Position numbers and translations under genes: made by a program. The notes beneath the pieces were generated by a model. That model was not told where the DNA came from. It saw only the letters and a list, made by a program, of their open reading frames with translations, and did no database searches. From Amoebophrya sp. A120 (Eukaryota > Protista > Dinoflagellata): a stretch of 64,000 nucleotides of DNA. Positions 13,701 to 25,800 of the stretch are shown in pieces; the stretch's first letter is position 1, and every line of letters begins with the position of its first letter. Location of the stretch: assembly GCA_905178155.1 (NCBI GenBank), contig CAJINV010000002.1, positions 3,424,515 to 3,488,514 of the forward strand, given 5' to 3'.

Positions 13701-16700
13701 GGCATGTTGACTCTGCACTTTGTATTGCGTGGCCACGAAGAGCTCCGTCTCCCTGTCATGCAAAAACGCAGCTTCTCATGCGGAGTACGCAACTCAGAGC
13801 CAGGAAAAAAACTTGTCATTCTTGGCAGCGCATTACAGTGAGCTGACTATTCCCTTCCTTTCATCACAAGTTTCCAGACCCAGACATTTTTGCAATGCAT
13901 ACTCCTACAGCTACGACGAAAGCCTGACGAAGCAGTGCGTGCTCCACGATATGGGAGTGTCAAGTTTGAAATCGTCAAAGATGAAATGATTTGTCATGCA
14001 TAAAATGGATACCAGTTGGACCCGCAGTTTCGAGTCGGTGCATGACAAATTTTGTCCATACCGAAAGCGAGTTTGTCATGCTGTTCAGGGCAACGGTGCT
14101 CCCCTCTTTGATGCTAGTAGTCAGCAGCCCAATTCTCGACCCTTACCAGCACTACAATCTGCCTTCCTTGCGTCCTCTGCAATAGAGGCAATCTCTGCGT
14201 TGCATTTTCTGCATGACAAACTATTTCAACTTTGACGATTTCAATCCTGACACCCCCATACACGACCTAGATGATTTAAAAGCCGCGGAACAAACCACCA
14301 AGGTCTGGGCTGGCTACGTTTTGTGCGTGAAAGACACCGCGATAAAACAGGCGCCGGCACGTTATGGGAGTGTCAGGATCGAAATCGACAAAGTCGAAAA
14401 ATTTGTCATGCATAAAATGTAGGGCACGCGTGCGAGGCCTGTATTGGGGAACAGGCAAATGAGACCGATTGTAAGCCTGTTTAGGGGTATACAATGTGTT
14501 GCCAGAGTAGCATTACAGGAGCAGTCTGCTTTGCACAAACAGCATGACAGACTGGATTTTGGTGGTCTCGAAATTTGTCATGCGCCACTTGGAAACTGAG
14601 GCTCCAACTGGCATCGGTTTTGTGCATCACAAATTTTTCGATTTTGTCGATTTCGATTCTGACACTTCCATACATTTTCAAAAACTGTTGAGGTGGAAGA
14701 CAAAGTCGAATCATGCCGGGAAAACGACGGCACGGCGGCGGACCTACCGATAGTACCCGGCTCAACTACGTCTTCGAACAACAATGGTTTCCACCAGGGC
14801 TCTGGCAACAACGCCGCGGGCGGGCCCGGGGGCGACGGGGCGGCAGGTTCCTCTCCTGAAAGCGGAGCGGGGACAGGCGCGTCAACTGGCACTGGCGGGT
14901 CTGCGGCCGGGGCTGCAGGAAGTGGCGGAGGCGAAGCAGAAACAGATGAAGGCGGAGCTGGTTTTTTTGCCACCAGCTCCAGCTGTTGCGACAGCAGCGG
15001 CGGCTCCACGGGAGCTGCTGACGTGTACGTTCCTCCTAAAATCAGTGTGTCCGATCTTGCGGACGTTGTTGTAGACAGTGCGATGCAAGCGGAGGATAAG
15101 GAGGACCAAGAGAAAATCATTACCGCTGCCGTCGTTCCAAAACTAGTGGAGAAGGGGGTCGAGGAGCGTGCCGCTCAGGAAGCAGCAGACGAGATTGCCA
15201 CGGAATTCGTCAAAAATGTCGAAACCCAAGGCGAGAACCAGGAGGAACTGATGAAAAAAATAGACGATGCCTATGCATTGCAAAAGTCGTATCCCGCTTG
15301 TGTGAGTACGTATGTTGCACCTACTTACAAACAACTGGCTCAGCATGAAAAATTCAAATGGAATTTGTAGTGCGGCGCCCTCACCTTTTTAGAAGGAAGC
15401 AGATTCAACGTCACGCAGTGTAGTTTATTTTGCAATTACTAGTACAACAACGAGTACGATACTTTTGCAGCGGATAACTCCAGTAAGCTTACGATCGAAG
15501 ACCAACAAGAAGAAAATGAGGAGGACGAGCAGCAGGAGAGTGACCCCTACTGCGTCGTCGCGGTCATTTGCAGCCTCGTCGGGTTGCTTCTGCTGATTGG
15601 CATTGTCTTCTGTTTGCTGCGTTCGAAGGAAAGCACAGCAAAAGAGCAAAGGCGACGGGAAGTCAACCAGGCCCTCCACCAGCTCGAGGCGGAGTCTGGG
15701 GATCCCAAGTGGAGCTTGAGCCACGAGGTGGTCGAAACGGCGTTGCTCACTGCGGGGCTGACCCCATCGTACGCCAAAAAGCTGGCGAGGCAGATTGCCA
15801 GTACCGCCAACGTGGAGGACGATGAGGTTTTGGTGCATCCGGAAAACGAACGCGACCTTGTCATCCTGAAGCGCATGGGGCTGGACTTCAGCGACCACAA
15901 CGTGCTCGGGGCGGAGGAGCGGGTGGGCCGCATGCGCGGCTTTCTGCAAGCCGTCGCTAGCCACGCCCACGGGAAGAGTGGCGTGGCCACAGCGACGGGA
16001 GGAGATGATCATGACACGACTTTGTTCCCGAACGAAGGAACAGCCCCGGCCCTCGAGGTGCTGCGGATCGACGAGACGGAAGCGCGGCTCCAAACGGCGG
16101 GCTTCTCGGAAAAAGTCGCCGGGTTTCTGGCCGCAAAACTGGTGCAGAAGGCGGCGGCGCTGCAGGCAGGCGGCACACTGGTGCAGCTGGACGGCAATGT
16201 GGAGACGGCGGAGGTGAAGCAGCTCGAATACGTGGCCGCCGTTGTACAGGGAACGCTGGCGCAGCTGATGCAGGAACTTACGATAAAGTGCACAACTACT
16301 TGCCCTGAACCTGATTTGTCATGCGAAATAAATATACCATCATTCAAATCCAAGGGCTGCTCTTTGGTATTGTTCGCATCGTGACAGATCTCGAAACCGG
16401 CCCAAACATCAGTACTACCCCACGTCGCGCACGAGCTTGTCATGCACAGGCTCCACAGGTGCGGGTCGTGTTTGTATTGCTGTCCATGCAAAAATACAAA
16501 TAACGGGGATGGCAAGTAGTTGTGCACTGTGATAGAACTTGAGGCTCACCCAGACTGGCGCGCGTTGGTATGCATTGCAAAAGCATCGTACTTACTAGTA
16601 TAAATCGCATTACAAATAATTCACGTAGCATAAGCATTACAAATCAAATTTGTAATGCGGATTTGCCTTAGTAAAGAGATTTGTAATGCATAAACGCAAT

Positions 16701-18572
16701 TAGTACGAGTGCGATACTTTTGCACAGGATAGTTGGCGGAAGAAGGCGACATGGCGAAGCTGACCGGGCTCGCCGACGGTAGCACCGCGGTAGTAGATAT
16801 GCATTGCAAATATGTCTGTGTCTGGAAGATTCCAGCTTGTCATGCTGAATCGGGATCATGCAAAAATCTGTGTTGCATAAGTGCCAAAAGCTGGTCCACT
16901 TTCGACCAAGTTGGTAGGGAGTTTCTCATGCAGGATAAGCGTGACGACCACGACAGAAACTTCACAGAGTCTGTCATGCTGGGCCCCGCATTCCAGACCT
17001 CGTGGGCCAAGGCCATGGAAAACCTGCATGACAAGTTTACACTCTTGTTCCAGAGGACCCAGACATATTTGCAGTTGATAGTAGAGATGCTTTTCAAAAA
17101 GGCTTTGATGAAGGAGAAAAGGCGCAAGGTGTCGGCCACCATGTTGGATTTGCGCGCCGTTGCGCTGGACGACGCCACTGCCGGTGTGGACTTATTCGGC
17201 GGCACCGAGTATGAAGTGCAAAAGTATCGTACTCGTCATGCATGACAAATCTTTTTCTTGAGGTAAATCCGCATTACAAATTTAAATTTTATTTCTCCCG
17301 CTGGCGAAATAATTTGTAATGCATTTATACGAGTACGAGGCTTTTGCAATTCATACTGAGCAAGCCGGCACTTTGGACGGTTTCGCTCTCGGCCGGTTGA
17401 TGCCGCCGAAGAAGCGGTTTGAAAAGAAGCTCTCCGGGCCCCTTTCTACTTCGGGAGTTGGTGGTGCGACGAGTGATATTAACACGCAGGAGACGAGCCA
17501 GAAGCTGTCGTCCAACATGTCTGGTGGCACTGCTGCTACTTCCCAGGTCGCTCCTAATATTCCACCAGCCGTGCTGTCGCCAGCTGTCTCTTCGGACGAA
17601 CTGCAAAATAACGACGGTACTAGCCCGGCGCCGTCTTCCGCCGGGGGGAGCTCCACCGCTGGAAAGAAGAAGGCACCCTCGTCAGGCAGCTCTTTATCCT
17701 CGGGTAAGAAGAAACTGAAACGGAAAAAATCTGGGGCGCCGAAGAAGAAGGGCACCAAGGGCAAGCTTGCCAGCACGGGCCCGGTCGTGGATGACGCGCT
17801 CAAGAGGGCGGAGGAGAAGTTGCTGCGCGATGCCACGGCGGCCCTGCTCTCGATTGGCTTCTCGGACGAGGCGGCCGCGGGACTCGCGCACCGGATTGCG
17901 GGGACCAACGCCGTCGACTTGGGGTCGCAGGTCATGACGCTGAGCGACGGGGAAAAAGCGATTGTGGCAAAAGGGCTTAACGGCGTCCGAGTGAACGATC
18001 TCAGTGACCTAGTCGACGAATTGGTGGCGCAGAAGCCGGAGTTTTTTCAAGCGCCGGCCCCTGTTGAGTTACCCGGCCAGCCCGCCTCTCCCCCGGGCTC
18101 CGGTCTGCAGTCAGGTGTGGGACAGCCGATGTCGCTTCTGAGTGAGCGATATCAACTGCAAAAATGTCTGGGTCTGGAAGAGTGCAAGTTTGTCATGCTT
18201 GTCTGGCATGACTCGAGACTCTGTGTTGCATAGGCACGAAAAGGTCCTCTATACCTGTCTGTCATGCAACAACGCAGTTTGCCATGCGGAATACGCAAGA
18301 CATAGCAGCCAAAAAATTTGTTATGCATAGCTGCGTATCGCAGCGCGTCTATCATTCACTTTTAGTATTACAAGTTTCCAGACCCAGACACTTTTGCAAT
18401 TCATAAGCGACTGGTGTCCGGACAGCCGCTGTCGAGCATGATGGGCAGCGGACTGGGGTCGGGCTTTCAAGAGGTGGAACCGGCGTCCGCGTCCTCTGGT
18501 GGCTCGGCCGCGTCTACGAAGGAGAAACGGGAAAAGCGAAAGGCGAAGTTAAAACAAAAGGCCGCGCCCTAG
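10784..18572 (+). CDS. Large single-pass membrane protein with PAN/apple-like Cys module, family paralog 2 (12 inverted-repeat introns)
   Basis: ATG 10784, hydrophobic leader then ALSFSVRK. Spliced apple-like motif CATACNFGMDNCAAYSYSYDESLTKQCVLH, TM YCVVAVICSLVGLLLLIGIVFCLL (~15548-15620), cytoplasmic LMPPKKRF and LSDGEKAIVAKGLNGVRVNDLSDLVDELVAQKPEFF. Stop TAG 18570-18572. Confidence 0.8.
13950..14260. mobile_element. Introner family D (representative; ~310-325 bp; TIR TATGGGAGTGTCAGG.T.GAAATCG.CAAAG)
   Basis: Copies 2248-2572 (AGTCA/AGTCA), 13950-14260 (CACGA/CACGA), 14363-14672. Confidence 0.85.
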
Positions 18573-19856
18573 TATACCTGTTACTGTCACACACGATGCT
18601 TCTTTTTTTTGACTTTCGCTTTCTTTTGCTTCAGACATTTACTTCTTACAACATGTAGTTACTGTTTTCATGCAAAATTTCATTTGCGTGCTTCAAAAAA
18701 AGATTTACTTACAACATTTAGATTTACCTCCCCGCAAAAGCTTTGAAAGGTTTCAGTACCGGCCCGTATGGTAGTTCTAGTTGCTGCACGATTATAGGAA
18801 AATAAGCCACATCATCTTTGTTTATCATCTTTGTTTTTTGAGATGCCAAGCAAGGGGGAGAACAGTTTACCTTTATTTTTTGTGTTTGCACAATATTATG
18901 CTCATTTTTGTTTTTGTGTTTGCACAAGTATTTGTGTTGTCGTACATGATTCTACATAAAGGTGTCGCTTTTCGTTTTGTTTCAGTCGTGTATATTGCGA
19001 AAAAAAAAAAAAACAATCCAATTGTATGCCACTGCATTGGCTTGAGGAATTGAACACATTTAGACGACGAGAAGAACACATTTATTCAACGAAGAAACTG
19101 CTTCTGCAGCAATCGGTCGTCGTAGAAAATAACAGGACGGTGAAATATATCTGCCCTGTGTTGAGCTGCAATGTTGGAGCGCGCGTGTATATGAAAATTA
19201 TCCTTCTCGTCGAAACAAACGATTGCTATTAGAAATGCAAATGTTGCTACTATGGTCATTAAAAAGTATCGGTCCTGCTTATTTCCTCACGTCATCGTGT
19301 TGTCCTCGTCCTTACGTTCTTTTCGCTCCAGTAAAACCTGATGAGTCACTACCTCCTGGAACTTCGTATTCGTTGCCTTCGTAGTTCAGTTCGCTTTCAC
19401 TTCGGTCGTCGTCCAACAAAAGCGCAATTCTGATTTTTTGTGTTGAGTATAAGTACAGCAGAAGTTGTAGTTGTACCGGAAGATTGATGACTTTTGTTCA
19501 ACAATTTCGTTCGTCTTCGTCCTTTTCACCAGTAGAGATGAAGTTGAAATTTTTGTGCACCTCCAGGTAACCCCCGAATACAGGAAATAGCAATTCTATG
19601 CGTCTAATTGACCCTGTTGGATACCCTTCTTACAGCTGTTATGCTCATTTTTTCTTTTTTTCTGAAAGGGGAGATTAGGACACATGTGTCGTTCATCAGC
19701 TTCAGCCTTGAATTATTTCGGCCTCGGCGGTAGAAAATTTGCCTCTCCCTCATTCCCCCCTACATGTACTAGTTGCGCCTGCTTTAGTTTTTAACTTGCA
19801 GCATTTGCTGTTCTCAGCGTGAACACCATCTCTCCCCAGAGCAATAAATCTTCAAC

Positions 19857-22800
19857 ATGTTAAGTTGTAGCACACCTCTTTCTCGCGCAGACTTTGTTCG
19901 AAGAGCGCGACGACCGGACCTCGGCTCCGTTTCCCTGTCTCGCCGCACAGTAGATCATGTTCTTCTCCGGCGGGTTCTGTTTGCGTCCGCGGCTATCGCC
20001 TACTGGTGCAACCATAATTTCTTCCGCCTACTGGTGCAAGAACCGGATGATGAAACAAGAACGTCGAGCCATGAAGTAGATAGGACAACAGGAGCACGAC
20101 CGGGTAGGAGCTTCTCATTTCTGCAAGAGCCAGGCCTGTTCAACGTTCCGCAAGTGGCCGCTTTGTCTTTTTCCGTGATGCGGCAGCGGAAAGAACACAG
20201 GAAGCTACAGCAAACGACGATAGTACAACAACAATCTTCTTCTTCACGTAGAAGTACTTCTACAAGTCGACACGGAGTAGAGGACCACGACAGCACAGGA
20301 AGCCGTGGTCGTGAGCAACATGACGAGCATGGAAAGCGGGACCTTCATATTGAAAACAAACTTTCTCACCCCGCGGTACTGGCGCCGGAGGAGAACATAA
20401 TACTCGGGACCGATCATGATCGGGAAGAACGAATTCAGAACGGCGAGCTCAGCACATTATCAAGTGTTGGTGAGGAACACCAGCAGACCTCCGCCCAGGC
20501 TGTGGAGGAGAAACAGGTAATCAAGAAAACTACGTCATTTCAGCAAATGGTGGAAGAAGAAAAGCAAAAGCAGAGTCGAAAAATCTCCTCTACTTCCGAC
20601 TCTTTCTGCACCGTGTGTGCGGACAAGAGCGCCGTGCTGATCATTGACATTACTACAGGGAAGGGGAAAGCGTGGCACTACGGAGGTTCGCCCAACTTCG
20701 AAGACTGTCCGAACATCAAAGAATCCGAGGAGTGGAAATTAGTTCAGAAGGGACACAAGTCGCGCGGAGATATTTCCTACCGGTGTGCGAAGGAGGCAAT
20801 GGAAAAGTTAGAAAAATATTGCTACGCCGGTGATGAAGACACCGGCACCTCAGAGAACCCCAAGCACTGCCAATCGCAGTTTGTGTCGAGCACCGGGGAG
20901 GCGCGAAAAGGACCTGACTGGGCGAGTTGGGAGAGGTCTGGGCAAGTAATACCGGAAAAATTTCTGTACTCGGGGCAGGAAATCGAGTGGTGGTTGCCGC
21001 CGGGCTGGTACGGAGTCCCGTCGAAGCGAAAAGAAATCATTGAGACCGTCAACAACCGATCAGCACGGGAAAGGGTCCTCACGCTGGGCTGCCATATGGC
21101 TTGCAAAAGTGTCTGGGTCTGAGAGAATACAAACTTGTGATGCGCATTTCAGAACATAGAAAAATCTCTCATGCATAGGTAGCAAAAGCTGCCCACTTTC
21201 TGTCACCAAAATGGGGGATTTGTCATGCGAATTCGGCATGGCGGAAGCTTCTCGACGAAACCTGTGATGCTAGAGCTTCCATGCCAGACCTTCTATGTCA
21301 TGCAAAAACAGCATGAGTATTCCAGACCCAGACAGTATTTCACTCGATATGCCAGCGGCTGAAGCAAAGAACTGTAGCGGGTGGAAAGGCTGAGGACGGA
21401 GACCCTACGAGAGGGGGGGACGACTTGAGGCTCGCTCGGTACGGCGGTGACGGTTGCGAGTACATGAAACTCCGAGACAAGGGCAACGAAAACGAATCGC
21501 ACTGCAAAAGAACGGCCTGCTGTAGCTTATGCATTGCAAAAGGATCTTCACGCAAGAACTGCCCAATGCATCACAGATTTATTTGTCAAAAATGAACTTC
21601 TTAGTATTTACTATCATTCAGTCAGAGAACTAAGACTACTACTATCAGGGAGCAGCCTGGAAATGTAGTGTTTATTCTAGAAAAATGAAGATCATGCAAG
21701 GACGCATGCAATTCGTACGAGCGTGATGGAACTTTTGCGCAGGATGCAACTGGGATGAAAATTATTTTTTAGGACAGTCTTGGTTGGGCAGAATCGAGGC
21801 TTTCTGTACGCCTTCAGATCGGAAAAACCACGACAAGATGGATTTTTCCAATACGCTGTTCGGGCCCGTAGACGTCACGATTCTTCCACCGAAAGAAAGT
21901 GAAGAGCCTGTCGAGGTCTTGACAGACCAGGATATCCACAGTAAGTTTCCCCTACACGACGACCTACCAAAGCGGTCTCTGCATGACAAACTTTTCCTTG
22001 AAAGAACCTCTTCCGCATGACAAGGTGCTTCCACTATAGTTGGTGAAATTTGTGATGCATTTTGTTGTACATGTTGTACAGGAAATTTGTATTGCATACA
22101 GGAGATCAAAAACCTGAAGTGTCCCGGCGAGGGCGACACGTTCGAGTTGGTGCCCAACCTGGTCATCGGCCAGTCCTACTACGCTTGGACATACACACCT
22201 ACCATCCAATTCGACCACTGCGCGGACTCGTTGTGCAACAACGACAAATGCCTTGGCTTCTCTTTCACGCTCGACCCGAAGACCAAAAACGAGGGCAGTT
22301 GCCGACTGCACAGTGCCGAGAACTGGAAAAATTCCTGGGGGTACGCGGAAGCGAATAATATGCCGCCGGAATACAAGCTATCAAATGCAAAAGTGTCTGG
22401 GTCTGGAAGAGTTGTGCTGCTTTTGCATGGCACACAAGGTCTGGCATGGAAGCTCTCGCATCACAGATTTCGAGAAGCTTCCGCAATGCCGAATCCGCAT
22501 GACAAATGCCCCTGCGTCCGAAGCTGCTTGCGGCGACGGTGCAAAGGTTTTTGATGAGGTGCAGTCGGGTATGCATGACAAATGCCCCACTTTGGTGACA
22601 GAAAGTGGGCGGCTTTTGCTGCCTATGCATGAGAGATTTTTATGTGTTGTGAAATGCGCATCACAAGTTCGCACTCCTCCAGACCCAGACATATTTGCAA
22701 TGCATACAAGCTCTGCATGCGTAAGGCCACGGCGGCAAAGATAAAGATGGACGAGGTTAACGGAGACTCCGTGCCTCCCAACGGAGGGAAAGTGGTGTTC

Positions 22801-25800
22801 GAGGTAATAGAAGAAGCTACAACGGCCGCTCCTGCTATGCAAGGCGCAAATTTTATTTTTTTACCGATTACAGTGCAGGTACAACTAGTTGCACAAAACG
22901 TACGAAATTTATTCGCCAAGAGGAAGTAGACGTTAAGTAGGCAACATTTTTCCAACATCATCTGTCATGCTAAGTGCAGCGGTTCTTCTAGTTCTACTTA
23001 CTTCATGTTGGGAAACGTATTATTATGTCATGCAGACACAAGTTGATAGTACCAACATGCAATGTGTACGTCTTTTCTTCTATCTAAGAACGTGTTCGGT
23101 AAAAAGAAACGATTTGCCGTGGATACCAGAACACTCAAATACCGAAAGGGGTGATAGTACTGCTACCAAACAAACTGGTGATGGTGAAAGCGTGGAGGAG
23201 GAGGAGAAAGAAGCCGCGCAACAAGGAGGAGGAGCAGGTTCTAAGACCCTCACCTTCGACCAGATCATGACTGCGTTAGACACCGTGGAACCAGATGAAG
23301 ACAAAGACGTCGAGCGAAATGCGATTACCGCCGCAGTGAAGCCTGTGCTCACGGACGGTGGCGCGACGGGAGAAGAACTGGTCGCGGAGCTGGCCGCAGA
23401 AATTGCGGACGTGCGAACTGGTAAAAAGACATTCATATCCGACGAGGCAGCGACAGGACAAGACGGAGATCTTCAAATAAGCTCCCTCTACCTAAACGCC
23501 ACGGTCTCCGCCATTGTGGCTACGGTGCGCCCCACGGCGGACACCTTGCAAGATGCCGTGGAAAGAGCAGCTGCAGCTGGAGGTGCTGTCAACGAGGAAG
23601 TGGAGGAAAACGAAAACACCATCGTCACTAGCCTCCTCACGCCGATCATGACGCGCAATAAAGTGGACGAAGGGGTAGCGAAAGACGCTGCGGTAAAAGT
23701 CGTAGAGGCGCTGCAAAGTAACGTCGAGGCGGATGTTGAAAAAGCGGTCGAGGCCGTGTTAAAACTGATCCTCGAGCAGATCGACCAAGATGCCAGCGCC
23801 ACGAACAACTCCGATGTTGAAAATGTAGCGAAATTAGAAGCGAGCAACACGTATCAAATGTAAAAATGTCTGGGTCTGGAAAAGTGTAGACTTGTCATGC
23901 AGATTTTCCATGACCCATGAGGTCTGGAATGCGGGACCTAGCATGACAGACTCTACGAGGTCTCCGCCATGCCTGTCCTGCATGAGAAACTCCCTTCCAA
24001 CTTGGTCAAAAGTGGCCAGCTTTTGGCACTCATGCAACACAGATTTTTGCATGCTTCAGATTTACCATGACAAGTTGCAATCTTCCAGACCCAGACACTT
24101 TTGCAATCCATAACACGGAGATGTTTGTCATTGGCGGCATTATTGGCGGCGTGGTATTGCTGATCGTGTTGGTCTGCATCGTATGGATTGCAAAAATGTC
24201 TGGGTCTGGAAGAATGCAACTTGTGATGCTATTTTTGGAATCTAAGAAAATCTGTATTGCATGAGCAGCAAGAGGCGTCCAGTTTTTGCTCCGCGGAGAG
24301 GGCATTTGTCATGCGGGATAGGCATCAAGATACCCGCAAAAAACCTGTCATGCTAGGTCATGCATTACAGGCATCATAGCTTATGCGAAATATGCATGAC
24401 AAACCTGGAAATCTTCCAGACCCAGACATTTTTACAGTTGATACATCGCGCAGTGCGTGTTCTGCCCCAGCGCCGAACAGTCCGATAATTTCCACTCGAA
24501 TAAAGGGGGGTTATGAGACGGCACAACCCCCCTCCCCCTCATTTGTATAGCATGAACGGCACTACAAGCGTAGCAAGATTGCCGGTTTTGCATGACAAAT
24601 CTGCACATGAGTGTAGAACTATTTGGAGGTGCCAGAACTTGGCATGCAAACAGTGCCAAGAGGCTGCACAGCCCGGATTTGGTATTTTGCATGACAAATG
24701 AGGGGGAGCGGGGGTTGTGCACTCTCATACGGGTATCGCGCTTTCCTGTTGCAGGAGGAAACGGAAGCGGAGGCCGCGAGACTCCTCTCCGCGGCGAAAA
24801 TGCAGCAGGAGAATGCGGCGAGGATTTTGAGTAAATTTGACCGCGTGGATACGATAGTGCACAACTCCCCCTCCCCCTCATTTGTGTTGCATGAACAGCA
24901 ACACAACTGCTGGCAAAGATGCAGCTTCTGCATGACAAATTACCAGGGGATCGTAGTGCTGTTTTGGCTTCCGGAATCTCTCATGCAAGCAAGTGCTAAC
25001 AGGCAAAGGGTGATTTTGGAATTTTGCATGACAAATGAGGGGGAGGGGGAGTTGTGCGCTTTCATAGTGGACGTCGAGAAAGCTTTGTTAGACGCCGGAA
25101 TCTCGGAGCTGTACGCCGCCAAGCTCGCCGCGCAGTTGTGCGATCCACTAGTTGGGGATGCGGCGTTTCTCTTCCGGCCTTTGAAAGCCGACTATCCACA
25201 GGAAATCTCCCGTACACGACGTACAAATGCGGTCTCCGCATGACAAAACTTGGCTTCGATCCTAGTTTAGCATGACAAGTTTTATTATGCTCCAAATTGG
25301 TGAAATTTGTGATGCATCTTGTGCATGTACGGGAAATTTGTATTGCATACCGACGATGAAAAGATCATGAAGCAGTTCGGCTGCGACTGGGAAAGCGGCC
25401 CGGAATTCGTGGGTCGCATGCGGTCGTTTTTGGAAAATCTGATGCAGGAGGAGGAGAAAATCGCGGCGGTGGCAGATATCAAATGCAAAAATGTCTGGGT
25501 CTGGAAGGATGCAAGGTTTGTCATGCACATTTTGTATGACTCCTGATGTCTGTGATCCTAGCATCACAACACAGATTTTGTGAGGGCTTTCTGATGCCTA
25601 TACCGCATGAGAAATGCCCTCTCGCAATGCAAAAAACTAGACCTCTTTTGCTGTTCATGCAATACAGATTTTTGTAGAATCCAGCTGCAGCATCACAAGT
25701 TCGCATCCTTCCAGACCCAGACATATTTGCAGTTGATAGCAGAGGCACTGGAGCAAGACGGGTTTTCGGCGACTGCAGCGGGGTATTTGGCGGAGAAACT

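Noticed and set aside
16279-17355. Nucleosome-phased spacing of insertions
   Set aside because: Exons between elements range from about 30 to over 900 nt with no visible periodicity.
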